Part shown: positions 8,342-17,784 of the stretch, piece by piece
Layout of the letters: the number at the start of each line of letters is the position of its first letter
Position numbering within the stretch: position 1 is the stretch's first letter
Source: an uncultured Chloroflexia bacterium
GTDB lineage: Bacteria > Chloroflexota > Limnocylindria > QHBO01
DNA: 64,000 nucleotides
NCBI GenBank assembly: GCA_963720505.1
Contig: CAVRFT010000006.1
Coordinates: 451,781-515,780, forward strand
Direction of reading: 5' to 3'
Program-made: the position numbers and the translations under genes
The notes under the pieces: generated by a model
What the model saw: only the letters and a program-made list of their open reading frames with translations
Databases searched by the model: none
What the model was told of the DNA's origin: nothing

Positions 8342-9783
8342 CCGACGCGCGCCGCTACGACGCGCTCGTCGTGGGGGCCGGGCCCAACGGCCTGGCCGCC
8401 GCCATCACCCTGGCCCGGGCCGGGCGCAGCGTGCTGGTGCTGGAGGCGCGCCCGGAGGTGGGCGGTGGCAGCCGGTCGGCGGCGCTGACCCTGCCCGGCT
8501 TCGTCCACGACGTCTGCTCCGCGGTCCATCCGCTGGGCCGATCCTCTCCCGTCTTCAGCGAATGGCCGCTGGCGGAGCACGGCCTCGAGTGGATCGAGCC
8601 GCCGGTCGCGCTTGCCCATCCGCTGGATGACGGCAGCGCGGCGCTGGTGCGACGCGACCTGGACGCCACGGCGGCCGGCCTGGGCGAGGACGGCGAGCGC
8701 TATCGCCGCCTGATCGGCCCCATCGCGGCCGACTGGGACCTGATCTCACGAGAGCTGCTGGGACCGTTCCGCATCGGGCCAGGCCTGCGCCACCCATTCG
8801 CGGTCGGACGCTACGCGCTGAACGCGCTGCAGCCGGTCACCTGGCTGGCGCGACGCTTCCGGACGCCGGCCGCCAGGGCATTGCTGGCGGGGGTGGGAGC
8901 TCATTCCTTCGTGCGCCTCGAGAAGCCGATCACCGGCGCCTTCGCCCTCTCGCTGCTGGCCAGCGCGCATGCCGTCGGCTGGCCGATCCCGCGCGGCGGC
9001 TCGCAGCGCATCGCCGATGCGCTGGCCTCCTACCTCCGCTCGCTGGGCGGCGAGATCGTCACCGACCATGAGGTGCGCGGCCTGGACGGGCTCCCGCCGC
9101 ATCGGGCGCTGCTGCTTGACCTGACCCCGCGCCAGGTGCTGGCCGTGGCCGGCGACCGGCTGGGCGGCATGTACGCCGCCCAGCTGCGCCACTACCGCTA
9201 CGGGCCGGGCGTCTTCAAGGTGGACCTGGCGCTGGACGGACCGATTCCCTGGGCCAACCCGGCTCTGCGCGAGGCGGGCACCGTCCATCTGGGCGGGACC
9301 CTGTCGGAAGTGACCGCCGGCGAGCGGGCCGTGGCAACGGGACGAACACCAAACAGGCCCTTCGTGCTGGTCGTCCAGCCGTCGCTGTTCGACGACACGC
9401 GCGCGCCGGAGGGGAAGCACACGGTGTGGGCCTACTGCCACGTCCCGAACGGGTCGCGCGCCGACATGACCGAGCCGATCCTGGCCCAGCTGGAGCGCTT
9501 CGCGCCCGGCATCGGCAGCCGCATCCTGGGCCGCTCGACGATGGGGCCGGCAGCGCTGGAGACGTACAACGCCAACTACGTCGGCGGCGACATCAACGGC
9601 GGGCTCCAGGACCTGGCCCAGCTGTGGACGCGGCCAGCGGTCCGCATCGACCCGTACCGGACGCCGGATCCTGGCATCTTCATCTGCTCGTCATCCACGC
9701 CGCCGGGCGGCGGCGTGCACGGGCTGTGCGGCTTCCACGCCGCGCAATCGGCGCTACGCGGAGTCCTCAGCACGGCCGGGTAA
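8314..9783 (+). CDS. NAD(P)/FAD-dependent oxidoreductase, phytoene-desaturase (CrtI)-like family
   Basis: 489-aa ORF. The N-terminal dinucleotide fold is [38 protein letters not shown]. The C-terminus is typical of the family ([19 protein letters not shown]). Confidence 0.8.
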   Translation: MLRGRGVPVADARRYDALVVGAGPNGLAAAITLARAGRSVLVLEARPEVGGGSRSAALTLPGFVHDVCSAVHPLGRSSPVFSEWPLAEHGLEWIEPPVALAHPLDDGSAALVRRDLDATAAGLGEDGERYRRLIGPIAADWDLISRELLGPFRIGPGLRHPFAVGRYALNALQPVTWLARRFRTPAARALLAGVGAHSFVRLEKPITGAFALSLLASAHAVGWPIPRGGSQRIADALASYLRSLGGEIVTDHEVRGLDGLPPHRALLLDLTPRQVLAVAGDRLGGMYAAQLRHYRYGPGVFKVDLALDGPIPWANPALREAGTVHLGGTLSEVTAGERAVATGRTPNRPFVLVVQPSLFDDTRAPEGKHTVWAYCHVPNGSRADMTEPILAQLERFAPGIGSRILGRSTMGPAALETYNANYVGGDINGGLQDLAQLWTRPAVRIDPYRTPDPGIFICSSSTPPGGGVHGLCGFHAAQSALRGVLSTAG

Positions 9784-9842
9784 CTCGGGGCGTATTGATC
9801 AGCGTCGGCCCGAGCATGGCCCTGACAACGCAGGAGGAAACC

Positions 9843-10142
9843 ATGCACATTCGCCGATCCCTGTTTGCCTCGAGCGCGGTGGCTGCCGCGCTGTTGCTGG
9901 GAATGGCAACCACGTCACTGGCCGTCGGCAACCCGGCCGGCACCGGACAGCCGGGCGCCGAGTGCGGCGAGGAGGAATCCTTCATGGAGCCGCCGGGCTT
10001 CCTGACCCACGGCTTCGCGAACGCAGAGACGCATTACGCGGGCAGCGAGGGCACGCCATCGCTACTCCACGCGAAGTCCGACCACGCCGTGTCGCAGTAC
10101 GACATCGCCTGCGTCCACTTCACGGCGGCGCACGGCGGGTAG
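9843..10142 (+). CDS. small secreted hypothetical protein
   Basis: ATG at 9843 is preceded by AGGAGG. The signal-peptide-like N-terminus is MHIRRSLFASSAVAAALLLGMATTSLAVG. This is the in-frame tail of ORF 9426..10142. Confidence 0.55.
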   Translation: MHIRRSLFASSAVAAALLLGMATTSLAVGNPAGTGQPGAECGEEESFMEPPGFLTHGFANAETHYAGSEGTPSLLHAKSDHAVSQYDIACVHFTAAHGG

Positions 10143-10152
10143 ACCCCCGGCG

Positions 10153-11314
10153 TCAGCTCCACGGTGCGGGGATGGGTGCCATCGCCACCCGCTCCGCACC
10201 GAGCCAGTCGGCCAGCTCGTGGATGGCCGCGGAGACGGCCGGCCAGGCATCGGCCGGCGCATCGGGCTCGGCGTAGACCGCGTTGACGGTGAAGACGCCG
10301 CGCTTGCGATCCATCACCGGGTCGATCCGCCCGATCAGCCGGTCGCCGTGCAGGATCGGCAGCACGTAGTAGCCGTACTCGCGCTTGGCGACCGGAATGT
10401 AGATCTCGAGCTTGAAGCGGAAGTCGAAGAGCTTCAGTGCGCGGTCGCGGTCGGCGACCAGCGGATCGAACGGACCGAGCAACGTGGTGCGCGGCTGCCA
10501 GGCGCCGGCGTCCAGCTCGGCCAGCGCGTCGGCGTGGGCCAGCCACTCCCCGGGAAGCTCGTCGATCTCCACCGGCACCGCCACGCCATCGGCCCGCAGG
10601 GACTCCTCCGCCTCGTGCCGGAAGGGAAGCTCGCCGGCCTCCAGGGCGCCGCCCCAGCCGGTGCGATCGAACCCGCGAGCGCGCAGCTGACGGTCCAGCA
10701 GCTCGACCGCCACCATCGGGTCCGGCAGCTCATCGGCCTCCGGCAGGACGTTTTCCCACAGGTCCCAGACGCGCTGGGTTCCCTCGCGGCGGCTGATGGC
10801 GATCTGGCCGCCGTGCCACAGGATCTCCAGCATGCGGCCCAGGTTCTTGCCGTCGTTCCAGCCGCCGGTCTGCCACGGGACCTCGGCGCGGTCGTCCATA
10901 TCGCGGGTGAGCAGCGGTCCGCGGCGACGCAGCTCGCCCAGCACGTAGTCCCGGAAGCCGGCGTTGTCGCGCAGCCACTCGCCGACGTAGTTGCCGCGCC
11001 CGTAGTCGTTCCGCGGGTATCGCAGCATGGCGGGCCGCTGCAGCGGCAGGTCGCTCATCGGAACCAGGAACGCCCGGTACACGAACAGCTGGCGCGGTGA
11101 CTCCTCCAGCAGGCGCCGCAGGTCATCGCGATCGTAGGCGCCGAATCCGGCTGAACAGCGTGAGGCGCTCGGCGCGCTCGACGGCGGAGGTGGGATCGAT
11201 CTGCACCCGTCCCAGCCGCTCCACGACCTCCATCAGCGTCGAAGGCCGCGGCCCGGCGAGCTGGTTGGCCAGGATGGTCAGGCGGCGGGCGTCCTGCAGG
11301 CTGAGCCGTCGCAT
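10153..11314 (-). CDS. YcaQ-like winged-helix DNA-binding protein (DNA crosslink glycosylase family); apparent frameshift near 11135
   Basis: ORF 10153..11082 contains KLEIYIPVAKREYGYYVLPILHGDRLIGRIDPVMDRKRGVFTV, the characteristic C-terminal block. The N-terminus MRRLSLQDARRLTILANQLAGPRPSTLMEVVERLGRVQIDPTSAVERAERLTLFSRI lies at the tail of ORF 11123..11941. Confidence 0.75.
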
Positions 11315-11341
11315 CGGGCGCAGTGTGGCAGACTCCGACCC

Positions 11342-12016
11342 ATGATCGGCTCGGTGCGAGTGGTCGGTACTGGCCGCGCGGGATCGGCCATCGTGGGCCG
11401 TCTCCGTGAGCGCCGGATCTCCGTCGTCACCGGTCGAGAACCCCTTGGTGATGCCGACCTCGTGCTGCTGGCCGTCCCGGACGCTGCGATCCCCAAGGTC
11501 GCGCAGCAGGTTCCCATCGGCCCATGGGTCGCACACGTGAGCGGGGCGACCTCGCTGACCGCCCTGGACCCGCACGAGCGACGCTTCAGCGTCCACCCCT
11601 TGCAGACCCTTTCCCTGCAGCGCGGGCCGGAGCAGCTTGACGGGGCGTGGGCAGCCATCACCTTCGAGTCCGACGCCGCGCATGCCGCAGCCGAATGGCT
11701 GGCCGGCACCCTTGGACTGCGTGCTTTCCCGCTGGCCGATGCCGACAAGCCCCTCTACCACGCCGGCGCGGCCATGGCCTCGAACTTCCTGGTCACCCTG
11801 TACCGGGCGGCCGCGCGCCTGCTCGAGGAGAGCAATGCGCCGCCGGAGGCGCTGGTGCCGCTGATGCAGCGCACCATCGAGAACGGCTTCGCCCTGACCG
11901 GACCGATCGCGCGCGGCGACTGGACGACGGTCGAGGCGCACCTGCGCGCCCTCGAAGAGCGGGCGCCCGACCTGGTGCCGCTCTACCGCGCCCTGGCGGA
12001 GGCGACGCGCCCGTGA
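11342..12016 (+). CDS. Rossmann-like / DUF2520-type oxidoreductase (candidate ketopantoate reductase)
   Basis: 224-aa ORF. It begins VRVVGTGRAGSAI and has a DUF2520-like C-terminus (LTGPIARGDWTTVEAHLRAL). Its stop overlaps the panC GTG at 12013. Confidence 0.7.
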   Translation: MIGSVRVVGTGRAGSAIVGRLRERRISVVTGREPLGDADLVLLAVPDAAIPKVAQQVPIGPWVAHVSGATSLTALDPHERRFSVHPLQTLSLQRGPEQLDGAWAAITFESDAAHAAAEWLAGTLGLRAFPLADADKPLYHAGAAMASNFLVTLYRAAARLLEESNAPPEALVPLMQRTIENGFALTGPIARGDWTTVEAHLRALEERAPDLVPLYRALAEATRP

Positions 12017-12823
12017 AGCTGTTGCGCACCGCGGCGGAGGTGCGCTCGGCGCTGGCTGCCGAGCGGGCCGCCGGCCGCTCGATCGGGCTGGTGCCGACCA
12101 TGGGCGCCTTCCACGCCGGCCACCTGGCGTTGATGGCGGCCAGCACGGCGCGCGACGACGTCACGGTCGTCAGCCTCTTCATCAATCCGGCGCAGTTCGG
12201 GCCGTCGGAGGACCTGACCCGCTACCCGCGCGACGAGGCAGGCGATGCGGCGTCCGCGGAGGCGGCCGGGGTCGGCATCCTGTTCGTGCCGTCCGCCGAC
12301 GAGATATACCCGCCTGGATTCGCCACCTGGGTTGATCCCGGCGAGCTTGGAACGGTGCTCGAGGGCGCTGTGCGGCCCGGCCACTTCCGGGGCGTCGCCA
12401 CGGTCTGCACGCGGCTCTTCGGCCTGGCCCAACCCACCGCGCGCGTATTTCGGCCGCAAGGACGCGCAGCAGGTGGCGGTGGTCAAGCAGGTCGTGCGCG
12501 ACCTGGCCATGCCGCTGGAGATCGTGGCGTGTCCCACCGTGCGCGACCCGGATGGGCTGGCGCTCTCCTCGCGGAACGCCTATCTCTCGCCCGAAGAGCG
12601 GGCACGCGCCCTGGCCCTGCCGCGCGCCCTGCAGGCGGGGCTCCAGGCATACCGCGACACCGGCGACCCGGTCGCAACGACGGAGGAGGTGCTGGCGGCC
12701 GAGCCGAACCTGAGCGTTGACTACGTGGCGGTCGCCGATCTCGACGGCCCGACCCTGGCCGCAGCGGTGCGGGTCGGCGCCACCCGCTTGATCGACAACG
12801 TGCGCCTGGCGGACGAGCCCTGA
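12013..12823 (+). CDS. panC: pantoate--beta-alanine ligase; apparent frameshift near 12445
   Basis: Motifs are GLVPTMGAFHAGHLALM, VVSLFINPAQFGP and VRPGHFRGVATV. After the shift it reads AYFGRKDAQQVAVVKQVVRDL...SSRNAYL (tail of ORF 11647..12720 joined to ORF 12245..12823). Confidence 0.9.
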
Positions 12824-12849
12824 CCTAGCGGTTGGCGGGCAGTGGCACA

Positions 12850-13757
12850 ATGTCGCCCATGAGCAATGGCACGCCGGCTCGTCCGGACAAGGTGGGGCTC
12901 GCCGAGCTGGCCGCGCTGAAGCGCGACGGCACGCCGATCGTGATGGTCACCGCCTACGACTTCCCCAGCGGGCGGCTGGCGGACGAGGCCGGCGTGGACA
13001 TCGTGTTCACCGGCGATTCGGCCGCGAACAACGTCCTGGGCTACGCGGACACCACCCCGATCAGCATGGACGAGATGGTGATGCTGGGCGCCGCCACGCG
13101 GCGTGGGACGCATCGGGCCTTCTACATGATCGACATGCCGCTGGGCGCCTTCCAGGTCAGCGACGAGGATGCGGTGCGCCACGCCGTCCGGCTGGTCAAG
13201 GAGACCGGCGCCGAGGCGGTGAAGATCGAGGGCGGTGGCGCAATGGTGTCGCGGGCGCGGGCCATCGTGGCGGCCGGCATCCCGACCATGGGCCACCTGG
13301 GCCTGACACCACAGAGCGCGAGCATGCTGGGCGGCTACAAGGCGCAGGGCCGCACCGCCGCCAAGGCGCGTCAGCTGTTCGCGGATGCGCTCAGTCGCTC
13401 CAGGCAGCCGGCTGCTTCGCGATCGTGCTGGAGGCGGTTCCGGCGCGCGTGGCGGAGCGGATCACGCAGGCGCTGCACATCCCGACCATCGGCATCGGCG
13501 CGGGCGCGCAGTGCGCCGGCCAGGTGCTGGTCTGGCACGACCTGCTGGGCATCAACACCGGACGGACCGCAAAGTTCGTGAAGCGCTTCGCCTCGGTGGC
13601 CGACGAGACGCGCCGCGGGCTGGAGGCATTCGCCGCCGAGGTCCGAGCCGGCACCTATCCGGCCGAGGAGCACACCTACCCGATCAGCGACGAGGAGTTC
13701 GCGCTGTTCGAGTCCGAGGTGGCGCCCGGGGTCCTGGTCGCCGACGACTGGCTGTAG
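12850..13757 (+). CDS. panB: 3-methyl-2-oxobutanoate hydroxymethyltransferase; apparent frameshift near 13395
   Basis: Motifs are IVMVTAYDFPSGRLADEAGVDIVFTGDSAANNVLGY, VKIEGG and GHLGLTPQS. After the shift it reads LEAVPARVAERITQALHIPTIGIGAGAQCAGQVLVWHDLLG (ORF 13425..13757). Confidence 0.9.
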
Positions 13758-13772
13758 GAGCCCATCGGTCCG

Positions 13773-14307
13773 TCAGACCTCGAGCTGGTAGACCCACTCC
13801 AGGCCGTCGCGCTCGTCCCACTGCTCGCCGGTCCTGACGAATCCCAGCTTGCCGAGCAGATTCTGCGAGCGTTCGTTGTCGGGCGCCGTACTGGCGCGGA
13901 AGCGGTGCACGCCGTGCTCGCGCGTGGCCCAGCGCAAAGGCCGCCTTGACCGCCTCCAGCGCGTAGCCCTGCCCGCGGGCCGCCGGCAGCAGTGTGTAGC
14001 CGATCTCCGCCATGCCGTGCTGGTCCGGCGCCGCGTGAAAGTTCAGGTAGCCAATGGCCTCGCGGGGATGGCCCGATTCGGTGCGGATGATGGGTCGCAG
14101 CATCCAGGGCCGATCCTGCGGACGTTCGCGCACCTGCTTGGCGCGGAAGGCCGCCAGCCAGCGAACCTCGTCCACCCATTCGGGTGAAATCGCCACGTCC
14201 AGGGCAGATGCCACCGGGCCGGCATCGCCGTCTGCGATCGCGTCCAGCTGCTCCAGCGACAGCAGCGGCAGCTCCAGCCGCTCCGAGGCGATGAGCTCGT
14301 CGCTCAT
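13773..14307 (-). CDS. GNAT-family N-acetyltransferase; apparent frameshift near 13935
   Basis: It starts MSDELIASERLELPLLSLEQLDAI and contains IGYLNFHAAPDQHGMAEIGYTLLPAARGQGYALEAVKAA. After the shift it reads HGVHRFRASTAPDNERSQNLLGKLGFVRTGEQWD. Its ATG overlaps the Sir2 stop as ATGA. Confidence 0.75.
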
Positions 14308-15078
14308 GCCGGCAGCGCCGCAACCTGCTCGACCAGGGCCGGCAGGATCTCGCCGATCTGGCCGCGCAGCACCGCGTGCGCACGGTCGTCCGAGGGCGTC
14401 GGCTCGGCGTTGACGATGACCAGGCGCGAACCGTTCTGCAGCGCCCGCTCCGGCAGCCACGCCACCGGGTAGACCGTCAGCGAGGTGCCGATGGCCAGGA
14501 ACAGGTCGCTGGCCGCGGCCTCCTGCTCGGCTCGCTCGCAGATCCTCGGCGACCAGCGACTGGCCGAACGAGATGGTCGCCGACTTCAGGATGCCGCCGC
14601 AGTCCAGGCAGGCCGGATCGTCCTCGCCGGAGCGCACGCGGTCCAGGGCGTCGGTCATGGGACCGCGAGCCCCGCATGACAGGCAGACGTAGTCGCGCAT
14701 GCTTCCGTGGATCTCGATCAGCCGCTCCCGCGAGCTGCCGGCGGCGAGGTGCAGCCCGTCGATGTTCTGCGTGATGAGCAGCTGAAGGCGGCCCATCCGA
14801 TCCAGCTCGGCCAGCGCCCGGTGCCCGGCGTTCGGCGTCGCGCCGCGGGCCGGGTGGTTGAGCCGGCCCTGCCACGCGCGCCGGCGGAGCTCCGGATCAG
14901 CCACGTAGTAGCGGATGTCGGACAGCGCCTCCGCCTTCGGGTCGCGCGTCCACACGCCCTGCGGACCACGGAAGTCCGGGATGCCGGACTCGGTCGAGAT
15001 GCCGGCCCCGGTCAGCGCCACCGTATGGCGCGCATGGGCGAGCCAGCCCACCACGTCGTTGATCTGAGCGGACGCCAT
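14304..15078 (-). CDS. cobB: Sir2-family NAD-dependent protein deacylase; apparent frameshift near 14538
   Basis: Motifs are ALTGAGISTESGIPDFRGPQGVW, ITQNIDGLH and the zinc ribbon CLSCG...CLDCGG. After the shift it reads AASDLFLAIGTSLTVYPVAWLP. Confidence 0.85.
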
Positions 15079-15099
15079 GGACCGATGGTAGCGGCCGGA

Positions 15100-16118
15100 T
15101 CAGATCCAGCCGCGCCAGCGCGAGATTCCGAGCACAGCCACGGCCAGCGTCACCATCGCCCCGACCGCCAGCCAGAAGTTGGCCGGGTTGTCGAAGAAGC
15201 CGATCTTGAAATTCATGCCCATCACGCCGGCCAGCACCACCGCCGGCAGCAGGATGGCGCTCAGGATGGTGAGCGCCTTCATGACGTCGTTGGTGCGCTG
15301 GGCCGATGTCGCCATGTACACGTCGAACGCACCGATCAGGAGCTCGCGCGCGTTTTCGACCGCGTCGATGGTGCGATCCAGGCGGTCGACGATGCCGGGC
15401 CATGGCTTGCCCAGCCCTTCCACCTCGAAGTCCGGCCTGGCCAGCGGCGCGAAGGCCCAGCGATGCGGCGCCAGCGCACGGCGCAGGACGGCGACTCGAC
15501 GCCGCAGCCGCACGACCTCCTCCAGGAACGTGCGAGCCCCGCTGGAACGGATGGCGATCTCGTCGAGCGCGTCGATCCGGCGCACGATCGTTTCCACCAG
15601 CTCCAGGTACACCGCCAGCACCGAGTCGACCAGGGCGCTCAGAAAGCTCGCGGCATCCAGGTGGCCGAGCTGCGTGTCGCCCCGAATGTGGCCAAGGAAC
15701 GCGTCGAAGGCAGCGATCTCGCCGGCGTGCACGGTGACGACCATGTTCCGCGCCACCACGACATCAATAGGCGCGGACTCCGGGAGGGCGGCATTCGGGT
15801 CGGTCTCCCGCCGCCTTCTCCGCAGGCTGCATGGCCACCAGCCGCAGATGCATCCGATCGGCGTAGCGGATCAGCTGCGCGCTTCCGCGCTCGTCCGCCA
15901 GGAGGCGCATCGAGTCGTCGGGCAGCTCCACGGCTTCGCTGCAGTGCGGCCATGGCAGTCTCGTCCCGACCGTCCACGTCGATCCACAGCAGGTGGTGCT
16001 CGCCCAGCTCGTCCGCCAGGCCGGGACGCACCTCGACCTCGCGGTCGCGGCCCTGGGCGTCGTACAGCACGGCGCGCAGCGCGACCATCTTCTTGGCGTT
16101 CGTCACGGGCCGCTTCAC
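15100..16118 (-). CDS. corA: CorA-family magnesium/cobalt transporter; apparent frameshifts near 15925 and 15805
   Basis: The C-terminal ORF 15100..15759 has MKALTILSAILLPAVVLAGVMGMNF (GMN motif) and two TM helices. The N-terminus MKRPVTNAKKMVALRAVLYDAQGRDREVEV is in ORF 15639..16118. The middle segment VELPDDSMRLLADERGSAQLIRYADRMHLRLVAM is in a third frame. Confidence 0.85.
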
Positions 16119-16157
16119 GAGTGCAAGCGGCAGGCCACTCGGCGACCGGGCGATGGA

Positions 16158-16544
16158 TCAGCGGCGGTTGTAGAGCTCCAACCGCCAGCGCCACTCCGAG
16201 CCGTCCGGCGCGTTCCACCACTCGATCAGCGTCCCGACCTCGCCGCCCGGCAGGATCACCAGCGACCCCAGATCGTCGGCGGTCGGCCAGCGATCCTCGC
16301 GCGCGAAGCCGCCGTCGGCCAGGGCCAGGCGCGTCATGGGCAGGTAGTCGCCGGCACGGGTCACCTGGCCGCGGGCGCGCACGCTCCCGTCGAAGCGGCG
16401 GACGGTCACGTCGAGCTTCTTCGGGGCGCTGTGCACCCACAGGACGTCGGTCGGATCAAGGCGGCCACGCGCGAAGGGAAGCCCGGTGGAAGCGGCGCCC
16501 GGATACCACAGGTCCCAGGTCTCCGTCGGCTGGGGATCGATCAT
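16158..16544 (-). CDS. hypothetical protein (128 aa), immediately upstream of corA on the same strand
   Basis: It is a clean ORF with normal composition (MIDPQPTETWDLWYPGAASTGLPFARGRLDP...). I recognise no family. Confidence 0.5.
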   Translation of the reverse strand: MIDPQPTETWDLWYPGAASTGLPFARGRLDPTDVLWVHSAPKKLDVTVRRFDGSVRARGQVTRAGDYLPMTRLALADGGFAREDRWPTADDLGSLVILPGGEVGTLIEWWNAPDGSEWRWRLELYNRR

Positions 16545-16776
16545 CGGCTCACTCTAACCCGACCTCCATGCCGAGTCGCGGAGGATGGCTGCCTCGCTGT
16601 GCCGATCACGTCCCATCACGCCAATTACCGTCTGGTGCGAGTTACGGACCGGCAGCTGTCCGAGAAGGTGGCGAACTTCCACCCCGTCGAATATGGGGCG
16701 CACCAACGCCTTTACCGTTCGCAAGTCGCAAATGGTGACCGTTAGCGCCGATGGCACACGCACCACGGCGACGTGG

Positions 16777-17238
16777 CTAGCGCACGGCGCCGAAGAGCTC
16801 CTCGTTGGCGGTCTCCTTGCGGCGAGCCATGCGATCACCGAGCTCCTCCAACTCGTCGTCATCGAAGACCTGGCGGGCGGTCTTGAACATCTCGCCCTCC
16901 TCCTCCTCGATGTGGTGCTCGACGTTCTCGGCCATCACCGTCGCCTTCGGCCCGAAGCGCTCGTCGGTGGCGTCCATGCCGTCCAGCTCTCCCATCAGGC
17001 GGCTGACCACGTCGTGCTCCTCGTAGCCCTCCAGCACGATGTCCTTGGCCTTGGGGTGCTGGCGCAGGGTCGGGTAGAAGATCTCCTCCTCGATGATCTC
17101 GTGGACCGTGAGCTCCTGCTTGATGCGGCTGAAGAGCTCGCTCCGCGTCTTCTCGGCGCGGTCCGTCGTTTCCTTCAGCTCGGCGAGCAGCGGCTTGATC
17201 CGGGCGTGGTCTTCCTTGAGCAGCTTGATCGCATCCAT
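16777..17238 (-). CDS. hemerythrin HHE cation-binding domain protein
   Basis: 153-aa ORF. It reads MDAIKLLKEDHARIKPLLAEL...TVHEIIEEEIFYP...EEHDVV...VEHHIEEEE, with His/Glu spacing typical of bacterial hemerythrin-like proteins. Confidence 0.8.
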   Translation of the reverse strand: MDAIKLLKEDHARIKPLLAELKETTDRAEKTRSELFSRIKQELTVHEIIEEEIFYPTLRQHPKAKDIVLEGYEEHDVVSRLMGELDGMDATDERFGPKATVMAENVEHHIEEEEGEMFKTARQVFDDDELEELGDRMARRKETANEELFGAVR

Positions 17239-17376
17239 GGCGGTCTCCTACGTGGTGATTGGGGGCGGTTTGGCGGTGCCCCCATGCACGTTCCGTTCCT
17301 GCGGGTACGGGATCTGGCCCATGTCTTGCACTGGCATGGCCGATGAAGTCGCGTCCATGCGACAAGGAGGAAGTGG

Positions 17377-17658
17377 ATGAGCATCATTGGATGGATCGTG
17401 CTCGGAGCCATTGGCGGCTGGATTGGCGGCCTGTTGGTGAAGGGCGATGAGGGGATGGGAGTTATCGGGCACGTCGTGCTCGGCATCGTTGGCGCCGTGC
17501 TGGCGGGCTTTGTCGTAACGCTCCTCACCGGCGAGGACCCGATGGACGGAGTCCTGGACATCTCGTCGCTGGTCACTGCCATCGTCGGCGCCGTCGTGCT
17601 GGTGATTCTGGTGAACATGCTCCGGGGTCGCACCCGAACTGGCAGCGGGCCGGTCTGA
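17377..17658 (+). CDS. GlsB/YeaQ/YmgE-family (transglycosylase-associated) stress membrane protein
   Basis: 93-aa ORF reading MSIIGWIVLGAIGGWIGGLLV...GVIGHVVLGIVGAVLAGFV, the family hallmark. An AGGAGG-like RBS lies upstream. Confidence 0.85.
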   Translation: MSIIGWIVLGAIGGWIGGLLVKGDEGMGVIGHVVLGIVGAVLAGFVVTLLTGEDPMDGVLDISSLVTAIVGAVVLVILVNMLRGRTRTGSGPV

Positions 17659-17671
17659 GCATCGTCCCTGG

Positions 17672-17701
17672 AACGCCCCGTCGGATTCCCGGCGGGGCGT
17701 T
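17672..17701 (+). terminator. stem-loop after the GlsB-family gene
   Basis: AACGCCCCG (17672-17680) pairs with CGGGGCGTT (17693-17701), a 9-bp stem with a 12-nt loop. The T tail is weak, as is common in GC-rich genomes. Confidence 0.5.
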
Positions 17702-17784
17702 GTCATGCCTGCGACGCATGACGTAGGCATTGGCGGGCCGAATGGCCGTGGTCCGTCACCTGATCGTTGGATACCGTGCGCGAC

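Noticed and set aside
16545-16776. M-box (Mg2+) riboswitch upstream of the corA unit
   Set aside because: The only resemblance is GGGTTAGAGTGAGCC, which sits right at the start codon. A real M-box needs ~160 nt downstream of that element. I could not identify the other conserved helices by eye.
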